DNA of 64,000 nucleotides, taken from a virus. Positions within the stretch are counted from its first letter, which is position 1; each line of letters opens with the position of its first letter. The notes under the pieces were generated by a model. It did no database searches. It was given only the letters and a program-made list of their open reading frames with translations, and was not told where the DNA came from. Shown in pieces: positions 30,417 through 39,902 of this stretch. The stretch covers positions 18,589 to 82,588 of IMG/VR virus record IMGVR_UViG_3300025141_015211; one strand, given 5' to 3'. A program made the translations under genes and the position numbers.

Positions 30417-31250
30417 TTACCCTCTTATGAAACCTCTAATAAGACTACGAAGTTGTGATTCTGCGACTTGCTTTTGCTCGTCTTCTTGACCCACTAAGAT
30501 CTGAATGATCTGATCTTTTTCATCACTGTTAAGAAATGGCGGCAAAAAGCGTTTGGCTTGGTCAGCTGTCTTTCGAGAAGAAGCAAGATTTCTAACATGA
30601 GTTCCTCTTACAGATTGTCTTGCAGCAACCTCTTCATCATCAAGCTCTTCACCCTGGCTAGCATAAAAATCTTTTAAAGCTTCACGTGCTTCATTTTCAC
30701 CTTGTGACATAAGCTGGTCAAGCTTTTCTGTATAATCATCAGAGCTAGACGGAACTGCTCCGCCGAACTGAATCTTTCCGTTTTGGACGTGATCTTTGAA
30801 CTTGGGACTCCTCATGTATGGTCGCATCGAGTCGGCGTCACCATAAATTGTCACCTTTTCTATCTCTCCCGGGTCGTCAACAAAGTCTTCTAACGTTTTG
30901 AAAATTGCCGTAACGGGGGCCCGTATAGCTGCTAGATTGCCTTGCGCATCTTTTGCTTGACTTTGAACGAGAACAACTTCAACTTCAGGAATTCTTTCAA
31001 GCGCTGTTTTATATATGTTAAAAATATTCTGTGCAACATTTTCATCGTAAGTTCTACCTGTAGCTCCAAGCCCTCTGAACTTTTGGCGTGCTTTAAGCTG
31101 TTGACCCTTCTTTCCATACCTGGGTGGTTCAAGCTGTTGCATACCATAAAACAAATACACCTTGTCATTATCTCTGATGGCATCTGCTAATTTTGCAAAG
31201 TGTCCAGTCGTAAAGGGTTTAAAACCTCCTCCATACAGACCTAATTTCAT
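30417..31250 (-). CDS. HIGH-like (TxGH) nucleotidyltransferase
   Basis: LYGGGFKPFTTGH; RGTHVR (SxT-like); C-terminal ESQLRSLIR. Confidence 0.75.
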   Translation of the reverse strand: MKLGLYGGGFKPFTTGHFAKLADAIRDNDKVYLFYGMQQLEPPRYGKKGQQLKARQKFRGLGATGRTYDENVAQNIFNIYKTALERIPEVEVVLVQSQAKDAQGNLAAIRAPVTAIFKTLEDFVDDPGEIEKVTIYGDADSMRPYMRSPKFKDHVQNGKIQFGGAVPSSSDDYTEKLDQLMSQGENEAREALKDFYASQGEELDDEEVAARQSVRGTHVRNLASSRKTADQAKRFLPPFLNSDEKDQIIQILVGQEDEQKQVAESQLRSLIRGFIRG

Positions 31251-31540
31251 TTTTTGCCCTTCTTGTCGCGTTCGCCCATTAATTGTTTGCGCTCATTTTC
31301 TCTTACTGCTTTTTTCTTAAGGTGTCTCAGGCTGTCTATTGATCGACTAAGCGTGTACCTTTCTTTTCTATCTTTTCTTCCCATGTTTTTTCTAAACTGA
31401 TCAAGCATAGAAATCATGCGATCAAGCTCTTTAATATGGCGCTTTGAACCATAATTAGCAGATGTCCCGTTCAAGAGTTTAATTTTCCTCTCTACTAGTA
31501 CTTCTCTTACTAACTCGCGTAATTCTTTTTCAGAACTCAT
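31247..31540 (-). CDS. basic putative virion protein
   Basis: ELRELVREVLVE leader; ATAATTA at 31556-31562. Confidence 0.7.
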   Translation of the reverse strand: MSSEKELRELVREVLVERKIKLLNGTSANYGSKRHIKELDRMISMLDQFRKNMGRKDRKERYTLSRSIDSLRHLKKKAVRENERKQLMGERDKKGKK

Positions 31541-31571
31541 CTTAAGCCTCTGAAATAATTATCAAATCACA

Positions 31572-31829
31572 TTAAACTTTTTGTGAAAGGTCTAAGATAT
31601 GTATGTCATTTGTATCTTTTGTGGCAATATTTTGTCCTAATGTGCTGTTTTCAGCTTTAATAACTGCATTTTTGCACATTGTAATGACAAACTCCTTTAG
31701 TTGCTTGTCAGTAATTTGTACTGGCTCAAGAAGGTTAAAGTAAAACCTTGCTGCTTCAAGCAATTTATCAGTACACTCTATCTCTAGAGTTGAGCCATTG
31801 TCAAGTTCTATTGTTCTTAATCTATCCAT
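31572..31829 (-). CDS. hypothetical protein
   Basis: 85 aa ORF. Confidence 0.6.
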   Translation of the reverse strand: MDRLRTIELDNGSTLEIECTDKLLEAARFYFNLLEPVQITDKQLKEFVITMCKNAVIKAENSTLGQNIATKDTNDIHILDLSQKV

Positions 31830-31864
31830 ACTATATAAAATACAGCAAAAACTAAGATTTTATA

Positions 31865-32485
31865 TTAACTTAGCATCAATTTTTGAATTTTTTGACGCAA
31901 ATTTTCTGTTTGTTGTACACCCACCTTTATAGGTGGTGAAGTGTCTTCATCTTCTTGTGATTTTTCTTCTTTGTCAGATGAAGTCTGCTTTTCTTTTGAA
32001 ACCTGTAAACTTGTAGGTGGTTCGCTAGGATCTTTTGCATCTGCTCCCGAAACAACATCAGTCATTATATTGCCAATTGCAGATAAAAATGTATGTAAAA
32101 CACGTTTCTCATCATCATCGAGTCTGTCTACATACTGTTCTAACTCTGTACGAAGCTCTTTATCTTTTAAAGATCTACCACTTCTAATTGTATTTAGTTC
32201 ATCTCTTATTTTAAAGAATGTAACATCTTCAGCAGGTTTATTGGGCTTTTCTTTTTGCTCAGGCTGGGATGACACTTCAACTTCTTCTTCTGTTTCTTCT
32301 GTTTCTTCTTGCTCATTCATGTTCACAGTTTTAAATCTACTTTTATCAGTAGGTATTTGTTTTTCATAATAAGACTGCTCATTGTCTTCTTGGATAGAAG
32401 TTCTAGCCTTGGACACACTTTCTTCAGCGAGTATTTTCAAAAACTTTTCGAGATCTTGGCTTGAATCGATTGTAATTTTACTCAT
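31865..32485 (-). CDS. putative virion protein
   Basis: LEKFLKILAEE; LNTIRSGRSLKD; C-terminal ENLRQKIQKL. Confidence 0.7.
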   Translation of the reverse strand: MSKITIDSSQDLEKFLKILAEESVSKARTSIQEDNEQSYYEKQIPTDKSRFKTVNMNEQEETEETEEEVEVSSQPEQKEKPNKPAEDVTFFKIRDELNTIRSGRSLKDKELRTELEQYVDRLDDDEKRVLHTFLSAIGNIMTDVVSGADAKDPSEPPTSLQVSKEKQTSSDKEEKSQEDEDTSPPIKVGVQQTENLRQKIQKLMLS

Positions 32486-32664
32486 TTCTTTCTCTTATAC
32501 CTTATGGAGTTTTGCCAAGCTTCACGATAAAGACGATTATACTTTCTTTGTGGTAGTTCTTCTTGACCTTCTAAGTGTTCTTCAATTTTTTTCTGTGATT
32601 GCTTTTCACGTCGCCTAATATCTTTTATGAATTTATCAAACTTAAAACCTTTTTTATCTGACAT
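32482..32664 (-). CDS. hypothetical basic protein
   Basis: 60 aa; GAGG RBS and ATAATTA upstream. Confidence 0.6.
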   Translation of the reverse strand: MSDKKGFKFDKFIKDIRRREKQSQKKIEEHLEGQEELPQRKYNRLYREAWQNSIRYKRKK

Positions 32665-32692
32665 GTGAACCTCGCTATGTTTAATTATCTTT

Positions 32693-33070
32693 CTAATTTT
32701 GAATGGTAAGTTTTACTTGACAATTTACGTCTTGCACAAACTTAATATCAACTGTAGCTTCATGATTATTGATATCTCTTAAACGAAATATCTCATCGCC
32801 AGCAGCATAAATGTATATGCTTATCCAAGGTGTCGTCGACGGATCTATAAAATGCTGGATTTCTGTTTGATCACATAAAATTGTAACTTCAGTCTCTTTT
32901 GCATTTCTTTTAAACGTTAGTATTTTTGAAAATACTTCGACCATTATGTCAGTATCGTGAAACTGAAGAGTGCAATTAAATTCTAACGAACCCTGCTGCT
33001 TACCATAAAATTGACTCATGTCAACTTTATCAACTATCGACTGACTAATCATGGTTGATGAGCTGTCCAT
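32693..33070 (-). CDS. hypothetical protein
   Basis: 125 aa ORF. Confidence 0.6.
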   Translation of the reverse strand: MDSSSTMISQSIVDKVDMSQFYGKQQGSLEFNCTLQFHDTDIMVEVFSKILTFKRNAKETEVTILCDQTEIQHFIDPSTTPWISIYIYAAGDEIFRLRDINNHEATVDIKFVQDVNCQVKLTIQN

Positions 33071-33476
33071 CTCTTTCTCGCCTCTTTACTAAAAAATAGT
33101 ACTGAACATCTTGATATACTAGATCTGCAAACTTTGCTAGTTCTAAGTCAAGCTCTGTTATTTCTTCTACATTATGTGTGTATGATTCAATTGTAACAAT
33201 ATTCCCTTCTACTATAATTTTTGGGTGATGTCCTAATTTTTCTTGATAATCGATCAACTCATTTAAAAACGCTTTTAAAATCTTGTGATGCTTAAATTGA
33301 AAAGATTTGACAAGTCTCTCAGGTGACTCAAGAGTGGTCCAGTCAAATTTCTTAGGTGAAATTGGTAAATTGTCTGACGGATTCTCTAAACTTCCTATCA
33401 CAGGTTTTAGATTGACTGAGCTATCATATGACTCAGTCAGTGTATCTTTGCTTATTAATGTTAGCAGCGATTTCAT
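33045..33476 (-). CDS. pterin-4-alpha-carbinolamine dehydratase family protein
   Basis: L.KSFQF, GHHP.I, TH...ITELD..LA..D. Confidence 0.8.
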   Translation of the reverse strand: MKSLLTLISKDTLTESYDSSVNLKPVIGSLENPSDNLPISPKKFDWTTLESPERLVKSFQFKHHKILKAFLNELIDYQEKLGHHPKIIVEGNIVTIESYTHNVEEITELDLELAKFADLVYQDVQYYFLVKRRERDGQLINHD

Positions 33477-33482
33477 AAGCCT

Positions 33483-35120
33483 CTATCCTTGTTGAGCTAG
33501 AACTTTCTTTAAAACATTTTTACCCTTAGACTTTGATTTTAGTTGTGCATCAATAAAATCACGGGCAAATGCATTCATTCCCTCAGTATTCTGTATCCAA
33601 TTTCTAGCTTTTGATCTTGCTTTTTTAAAGTCTTGCATTGACATCACGAGCTCTATTTTTTTAGAATTGGCCTTTGTTTCACCATTTATCATCTTTGTAA
33701 GCGTTCTTTTTGGATCTTCTACACCCATTTCACCAAGTATGTCTTGCTGAATTTTTTCTTCCCAAGCAGACAAAACCTTATTAATAAAAGGTTGATAGAA
33801 AAACATGCCAAAAAATTCTCTAAACTTTTCATTTCCTGTAACTTTTGGGCCCATTCTAGCGTTACTCATAAGATCTCTTGCATCTTGTGCACTAATCTGT
33901 CCTTTTTTATTTAACTCTATAACTTCTTTTCTAAAAGCTCTTGATGCCTTTGATACTATTATTTCCATTGTAGCTTTTAATATTACTTCAGACTGCAAAA
34001 ACATTTTCAATGTTGGCTTAAATGCAAACTGTCTAGCCCCGGCTGCACTTGCAAAACCTTCTTCTTTAGCAATTCTTGTCCAGGTGTCTATAGCGCTTTC
34101 TTTCTCTTCTTTCTTTTCTTCTTCAGGTGTATCGTCTTCAACTTCTTCTTCTTCATCATACTGATATTGGACAGACGGGTCTTCACCTGCAAGCAATGTC
34201 TCAAGTCGTTTAGCGCCTATCATTACCATAAGGCCTGACATTGCTTTGTCTTTTTCTGACATTTTTTCTACTGTAGCATCCAAAAGTTTCTTAAATTCTT
34301 CTGGATTATTTTCTGATTTTTTCAGGATTGCATCAACTTTTGAGCTAGCATTACCTATAGCAATGTCCTCATCCGTAACACTTTCAGGATTTTTTAGAAA
34401 GCCAAGTACATAATCATAAATTTCACTTACAACTTGTGCTCTTTGCTCTTTTGTGAGTCCTGCAAGGGATCGACGAACTGCGTCTTTATTCATTAATTCT
34501 TTTGTAATTGCAGGTGCTTCTGATTTAAACTTCGCAAATCGCACGGGAAATTTATGCAACTCACCATAATGTGCTATGTTTTGTGTGACCTTTTCATAAA
34601 CAAGACTTTCAAAAACTTCGGGACTATGAAAGTAGTCTAAAATTTCGTCTGTAGCTCTAACAACATCATCTTCAATAGAAAGCGGTCGATCATACTCTTC
34701 TTCGCCTATTTCTGGTAGATCTTCATCATCTTCATCATCTTCATTTTCACTAAGTTGACTTGCTTCTTTAAGCTCTTGATTTTCTATGCGTGTGTTATCA
34801 TTCAGATCTAATGTCTTGTCTAATAGTTTGTGTAGCATCCTATAGAAATATTCTATTTGATCATTAGGCACTTCTTTTGCTATTTCACCAGCAGACAGCG
34901 CGAGCTCTTCTAAAGACGCAGGAATAAACTCAGCGTCTTCAACAGGCGGCCTATCAGTTGATAATTGAACTGCAACTTGGGGTGATGCTTCAATTGGTGC
35001 ATTATCATCTTCATCCTTTGCAGGAATTTCTGTCATGTTAGATGAACTGCCAGTTCTGTTCTCTTTAAGTGCTTTATTTATAAATTCTTTAAGTGCCTGC
35101 TTTTTTATAGAAATTTCCAT
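33483..35120 (-). CDS. large putative virion protein
   Basis: MEISIKKQALKEFINKALKE leader (start moved to the ATG after AGGAG); ATAATTA at 35139-35145. Confidence 0.7.
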   Translation of the reverse strand: MEISIKKQALKEFINKALKENRTGSSSNMTEIPAKDEDDNAPIEASPQVAVQLSTDRPPVEDAEFIPASLEELALSAGEIAKEVPNDQIEYFYRMLHKLLDKTLDLNDNTRIENQELKEASQLSENEDDEDDEDLPEIGEEEYDRPLSIEDDVVRATDEILDYFHSPEVFESLVYEKVTQNIAHYGELHKFPVRFAKFKSEAPAITKELMNKDAVRRSLAGLTKEQRAQVVSEIYDYVLGFLKNPESVTDEDIAIGNASSKVDAILKKSENNPEEFKKLLDATVEKMSEKDKAMSGLMVMIGAKRLETLLAGEDPSVQYQYDEEEEVEDDTPEEEKKEEKESAIDTWTRIAKEEGFASAAGARQFAFKPTLKMFLQSEVILKATMEIIVSKASRAFRKEVIELNKKGQISAQDARDLMSNARMGPKVTGNEKFREFFGMFFYQPFINKVLSAWEEKIQQDILGEMGVEDPKRTLTKMINGETKANSKKIELVMSMQDFKKARSKARNWIQNTEGMNAFARDFIDAQLKSKSKGKNVLKKVLAQQG

Positions 35121-35161
35121 ACGAGACTCTCCTAACATTAATTATAACAATGGGATTGACT

Positions 35162-35620
35162 TTATCGTGAGTTGGCCGTAGAAATGTGACTATATGCGTA
35201 TGCTGTTAATAAAGACACAGTTATTCCACCTACAACGCCGCCTGCGAACCACCAAGCAGGTTGCGATCCCGTATTTTTCTTTAGCTGATCTGTTAAATCA
35301 TCTATCTGGTTTTGTTTAAGATCTACAACTACTGTGTATTTCTCTAGACATGAATCAAGTCCTGCTTGCTTAAGATCAAGCTGAAATTGATCATATGCTT
35401 TTTGTTTTTCAACTGCTTCACCTATTTTTAATCCACAGGCTGTTTCACTATTCTCTAGCTCAATTGCAATACGAGCAGCTGCACTAGTACTAAATAATGT
35501 ACCTCCGAATGGTGCAGGATCATTCTTTTTTAAAGTTACAATTTGATCATTACCTTGTGCAATAGAAAGAAATGCAGAACACACAGCAACTATTAAAAAT
35601 CTACTCAACATAAATATCAA
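35162..35620 (-). CDS. secreted coiled-coil protein with C-terminal TM (spanin-like candidate)
   Basis: signal peptide; WWFAGGVVGG hydrophobic tail. Confidence 0.55.
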   Translation of the reverse strand: MIFMLSRFLIVAVCSAFLSIAQGNDQIVTLKKNDPAPFGGTLFSTSAAARIAIELENSETACGLKIGEAVEKQKAYDQFQLDLKQAGLDSCLEKYTVVVDLKQNQIDDLTDQLKKNTGSQPAWWFAGGVVGGITVSLLTAYAYSHISTANSR

Positions 35621-36011
35621 ATCCTGTTAGGCTAGCGAGCTTCTCTGTTATAACATCAGGATCCTCATGATTTTCCTTAATGATCTTTTCTACTTGCTTC
35701 TTTTTCTTAGAGTCAAGTTTCTTTTCTGCTTCAGCATATTTGATCTCAACTTCACGCATTGTCGTCTCCAACGTTACTCTTGCTTTTTCAATCTTTTTAA
35801 CTTCTGCTTGGTGTGCTTTTTCAATTGCATCAACTTCTTTTTTATGTGACTCATTGATTGTCTCTAGAGCTTTCGCCATTGAATGCACCTTAGATCTCGA
35901 CGTAAGATAAACAACTGCTAATACAATAACCCCCAGAACTAGCTTCCAGTACTTTTTAATATACAACCTTGCTTTTTGAAAAAATAGCTTAAATGTTAAA
36001 AGGCTCGTCAT
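35601..36011 (-). CDS. N-terminal TM + coiled coil (i-spanin-like)
   Basis: YWKLVLGVIVLAVVY followed by a charged coil. Confidence 0.55.
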   Translation of the reverse strand: MTSLLTFKLFFQKARLYIKKYWKLVLGVIVLAVVYLTSRSKVHSMAKALETINESHKKEVDAIEKAHQAEVKKIEKARVTLETTMREVEIKYAEAEKKLDSKKKKQVEKIIKENHEDPDVITEKLASLTGFDIYVE

Positions 36012-36015
36012 TCAA

Positions 36016-36219
36016 TTAATCTCTGTTTCCATGTTTCCAGGAAAGTGCAGCATCGATCACACCTTGACTACCAATGTAGACTATTGCAATCATTCCCCAT
36101 GTATCTGATGTTAGATCTGACCATAACATTAATGCTGTTGCAGTTAAAAATACGGTAAATTTTCTTGAAATTACCTTTTCAGTGATTCTATCTAAGTAAC
36201 CTTTTTTCATATTTTTCAT
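36016..36219 (-). CDS. 2-TM holin-like protein
   Basis: SRKF.VFL...YIGSQGVID. Confidence 0.55.
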   Translation of the reverse strand: MKNMKKGYLDRITEKVISRKFTVFLTATALMLWSDLTSDTWGMIAIVYIGSQGVIDAALSWKHGNRD

Positions 36220-36249
36220 CCATTATTAAATTATCAGCAAGTTTTATTC

Positions 36250-36570
36250 TTAGTTTAACAAGTCGTCATCATCAATATCTATAGGGAACATTGATGCATA
36301 ATTGCTTTTTTCTAAGTCATCTAATTGGTCGACTGAGACGCTTGCAGATATAGCATTTTGTTCTAACACACACTGTGCTAAAATTTCAGAAATATTTTCA
36401 AGAATCTTTTGTGTCTCGAAAAGCTCTTTAGACTGATAGGCAAGTTTGATTTCAAGCGCAAATATACTTTTTCTAATTTCTTGTATTTCATGTTTTCTAT
36501 TATTAAGGCCGAAAAAACCCAATAATTTTGAAATAAAGCTCATACTAATTCTCCGACAGTGGGTTTTCAC
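36250..36570 (-). CDS. hypothetical coiled-coil protein
   Basis: acidic DDDDLLN end; start probably MSFISK. Confidence 0.55.
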   Translation of the reverse strand: MKTHCRRISMSFISKLLGFFGLNNRKHEIQEIRKSIFALEIKLAYQSKELFETQKILENISEILAQCVLEQNAISASVSVDQLDDLEKSNYASMFPIDIDDDDLLN

Positions 36571-36829
36571 TTTCTATAACAGAAAAGATTGATTCTGCAT
36601 CAGTTTCTGAAAACTTTTTAATTTCTCTATTCTTCTTTTTTAATGCAATGTCTTCCAGCATATCTATCATGTCAGACATATCAGCTGCTATTCTTTGCGA
36701 AAACTCTTCAAACACTTCTTGCATCGACAAACCCAGCTTAAACAAACGTATTCTAAGTTCTGCATGTGTATCTTTTGTCAAAGTAAAGTGTATTGATTTT
36801 TTAATTTTTCGATCTAGAGGTGTAGACAA
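36545..36829 (-). CDS. ribbon-helix-helix DNA-binding protein
   Basis: KKSIHFTL strand plus two helices; AAGGAG RBS. Confidence 0.6.
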   Translation of the reverse strand: MSTPLDRKIKKSIHFTLTKDTHAELRIRLFKLGLSMQEVFEEFSQRIAADMSDMIDMLEDIALKKKNREIKKFSETDAESIFSVIESENPLSEN

Positions 36830-36903
36830 AGCATATGCTCCTTTAGCATCATCCTCTTTATCGTACAGCGAAACTTTCAGCAGTTTATCTTCAAGATTTT
36901 ATG

Positions 36904-37488
36904 TTATCCACCTGCGGGTGATGCTCCACCCTCAGTGCCACCAAAAGCACCGACTGCAACTGCCCTATCGTTTTCTTCTCGCTCTACACCCAAATTAAAA
37001 TCAAACTGTGTATTAAGAATATCAACCATTCTATCTACATGTGTTTGATCATAGTTGTTTAGCAAAAAGTTTACTGCTCGATTTATTACTGCAGTTGCAG
37101 GATCAAGAAGATCTTCTGTGTTCAGTGCTAGCCTAGCAACTTTTTTTGTAAAAACATCTAAATCTAATTTGGGCTTGAGCTCTTTTTCAGCAGGCTCTTC
37201 TACATCAACATCTTCACTACCGGCAGGATCGTCTGGCTCAGGTTCATCCTCTTCTTGTTCAAAGATAAGTGCTCGTAGAGATTTTACCTCAAAGATAGAT
37301 TCTAATAACTCGTCGTCTTCATCAATGATTGATTCTTTTTCAAACTTCAATATCATAGAATCAATTTGATCATCAACAGAGTCTCTCGAAAGTCTTGAGA
37401 CATTTTGTGCCCTGTCCATGACGAACATGTCTTCTACAGCCTCTCTAATAAAATCTCTTAATATATTTTCTTGAGTTCTGTTACTCAT
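36904..37488 (-). CDS. acidic putative virion protein
   Basis: ENILRDFIREAVE leader. Confidence 0.7.
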   Translation of the reverse strand: MSNRTQENILRDFIREAVEDMFVMDRAQNVSRLSRDSVDDQIDSMILKFEKESIIDEDDELLESIFEVKSLRALIFEQEEDEPEPDDPAGSEDVDVEEPAEKELKPKLDLDVFTKKVARLALNTEDLLDPATAVINRAVNFLLNNYDQTHVDRMVDILNTQFDFNLGVEREENDRAVAVGAFGGTEGGASPAGG

Positions 37489-38204
37489 GTTACATTCCTA
37501 AGTATCTGCCCTATTTTTTCTGCTTTTCTAATTCTAGACTCTATAACTTTCCAATTAAACTGCTTCATCATTGCAACTGTGTATGTTTTGGTATTATTTA
37601 GATAATCTCTATAATATGAATGCTCCCACATATCAAGTACTATGACTGGGAATACACCGATAGGCACATTATCACTATGTAAATCAATTACGCAGTTTTG
37701 ATAACTTTGCAGCCATACATTGTAAACTGTGCATGCCCAACCATTTCGACTTGACAAGCAACATGCCATGAAATCTTTCTGCCAATCATCAAATGTTCCA
37801 AAGTCTCTTGATAAGCGCATGTACGAAAGAGAGTCCATCGCAACTTCACTGTGTAGATCGCTAATATTTGCGAAATAAAGCTCATGCAAATAAGCTGCGT
37901 TAGCATTATAAGTTTCATCAATTTTGAGAGATCTAAATTTTGAATTATTTTTATTGACATCATCTCTGCTGACTGTGTCAAGTTCTGCACTAATTTTATT
38001 AAACTCTGTTACATAACCTTCGTAGAGAGCAATGTGTGCTCTCTTGTTTGAACTGCTTAAGAGTTCAGTAGGAAGATTAAAATTCTTAACTTGAGCAACA
38101 TATGACTCACTCAATTGCGAATCATTACTCTCAAGACCTAATGATTTTTTAATATTTTCTTTTATATCTTTGTTTGTGAACTCACTCATTTTATAGCCTT
38201 TCAT
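37485..38204 (-). CDS. Fe/Mn superoxide dismutase family protein (HxxLYxGY subtype) with N-terminal extension
   Basis: AHIALYEGYV, LHELYF, DMWEHSYY metal ligands. Confidence 0.85.
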   Translation of the reverse strand: MKGYKMSEFTNKDIKENIKKSLGLESNDSQLSESYVAQVKNFNLPTELLSSSNKRAHIALYEGYVTEFNKISAELDTVSRDDVNKNNSKFRSLKIDETYNANAAYLHELYFANISDLHSEVAMDSLSYMRLSRDFGTFDDWQKDFMACCLSSRNGWACTVYNVWLQSYQNCVIDLHSDNVPIGVFPVIVLDMWEHSYYRDYLNNTKTYTVAMMKQFNWKVIESRIRKAEKIGQILRNVT

Positions 38205-38478
38205 ACTGTTTGAGATCAGACTTTCTAATTCTAAATTCTTCGCCTGATGGTTTTACTGTTACTAGAACAGGCCCGTCGTCTGATTCTTCTACGCCTGATA
38301 CCGTGTAATTTAATCCTGTTTCTTTGTGTACTATTTTGAAACCAGGTGACACAAGAAGCTTTTTTCTTTTACCTTTTCCTGCATACATCTTTATATTTTC
38401 AATTAAATCATCAATGATCTGAGAGTGTTCCTCTAAAATCATTTCAATGAGTGCTGTTTGTGTAAGAAGCTGTGACAA
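38191..38478 (-). CDS. putative virion protein
   Basis: LTQTALIEMILEE leader; ATAATTA at 38499-38505. Confidence 0.65.
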   Translation of the reverse strand: MSQLLTQTALIEMILEEHSQIIDDLIENIKMYAGKGKRKKLLVSPGFKIVHKETGLNYTVSGVEESDDGPVLVTVKPSGEEFRIRKSDLKQYERL

Positions 38479-38509
38479 AAGAATACCCTACCTTAACTTA
38501 ATTATGTGT

Positions 38510-38926
38510 TTAAAGGTTAAATTTTCTAACCTCTATGCCCGCATCTTTAAGTATTTTAATTCCTGATAAGTCTCTGTACTCTACATCATAGACTACTTTA
38601 TCAATTCCTGAGTTAATCATTGCTTTTGCGCACATCTTGCAAGGACTTAGCGTGACATATAAAATCTTTTTCTTTGGATTGTTATAATCCATTTTTAATA
38701 GGCAGTTAATTTCTGCATGTAACATTCCAGATTCACCTGGCACAGCTGATTCAACTTCATTTGGGCCGCCTGAATAGTTTCCATTATAACCAACAGCTAG
38801 GACCTGTGTGTTGTCATCTGTAACAACAATTGCACCTACTTGAAATCTGGGGTCGTACGAACGTTTTGAAATAGAATGTGCAAATTCCATCCAGACTTCG
38901 GGCCAGTCAGGTCTGGATACTTCCAC
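38510..38926 (-). CDS. dCMP deaminase
   Basis: QVGA.V, GYNG, HAEIN, TLSPCKMCAK. Confidence 0.9.
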   Translation of the reverse strand: MEVSRPDWPEVWMEFAHSISKRSYDPRFQVGAIVVTDDNTQVLAVGYNGNYSGGPNEVESAVPGESGMLHAEINCLLKMDYNNPKKKILYVTLSPCKMCAKAMINSGIDKVVYDVEYRDLSGIKILKDAGIEVRKFNL

Positions 38927-39902
38927 TTGTGACCTCTTTCTGTGTTATTTCTATTGTATCTGTCACGCTTTCAATTGAAACACCGGCCTCTTGAGCCTTT
39001 TTGGCAATATTCTCAAGATCTGCCTTTATTTCTTCTACTACTTCTGGATCTGGTTCAACTTTCTCTTCTTCTAAATCAAATATGTCATCTACGCATAGTT
39101 CACCTGACATTTGAAACCCTGATGCTTTTTTATGTCCGCCGCCGCCAAAATCTTTTGCAATTTCTGATACATCAATTTTATCATGAAAAGATCTCAAACT
39201 TACCTTAATCATCCTGTCATCATGATCATAGTACCAAATTAAAGCAAAGTCACAGTCTGGCGAAAGTCTTGAGCCTATCTCAGATATCCAGTGAGATGAG
39301 TTTACAACTAGGACATCTTTACCCTTATACTTTCTAGAGACAGCTTTTTCACAAACCTTTTTAATGACTGTTTTCGAATATGCAAGTATGTAAGAGCCTC
39401 GTTTTACAGCATCGTCAAAAACTGAATCATCTTCAAATTTTTCAAACTCTTCAAATTCAAAGGGCACCATGTCAAAAGCAGCACTAAATTCTTTTGAATA
39501 GTCAAGCTCCCATTTCCAAAGATCTCGATCTTGAATATATCTAATAAACTTAGGTGGCTCTTTGCCAGGATGAAAAAACTCCCAGGACAATATTGCACCT
39601 GACTTAGTCATATCAAAAAAAGTGTTTGATATGTCGTGAAGCTCGACCATCGCTGATTTGTGATGATCAATTACAAGGAGATTGTCAGCCTCAGCTATCA
39701 TATCTTTTGTAGTTTTATTATCAAAAGAGAAATCTAAGATAACAACATTTTTGCCTTTTATCTTAGGCGGTCTTGTTCCGTGTTTGCATGCATGATATTC
39801 TGCTCTATTACCTAATAATTTCCATGCAGAATAAGCAGAGCCGAAACCATCTGTACAATCTGCATGATATATTACACAGTTTATGGAAGAAGGTTCAAGC
39901 AT
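38907..39902 (-). CDS. DHH/DHHA1 phosphoesterase
   Basis: YHADCTDG, IDHH, DRDLW, SLRS, GGGGH. Confidence 0.88.
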   Translation of the reverse strand: MLEPSSINCVIYHADCTDGFGSAYSAWKLLGNRAEYHACKHGTRPPKIKGKNVVILDFSFDNKTTKDMIAEADNLLVIDHHKSAMVELHDISNTFFDMTKSGAILSWEFFHPGKEPPKFIRYIQDRDLWKWELDYSKEFSAAFDMVPFEFEEFEKFEDDSVFDDAVKRGSYILAYSKTVIKKVCEKAVSRKYKGKDVLVVNSSHWISEIGSRLSPDCDFALIWYYDHDDRMIKVSLRSFHDKIDVSEIAKDFGGGGHKKASGFQMSGELCVDDIFDLEEEKVEPDPEVVEEIKADLENIAKKAQEAGVSIESVTDTIEITQKEVTSGSIQT

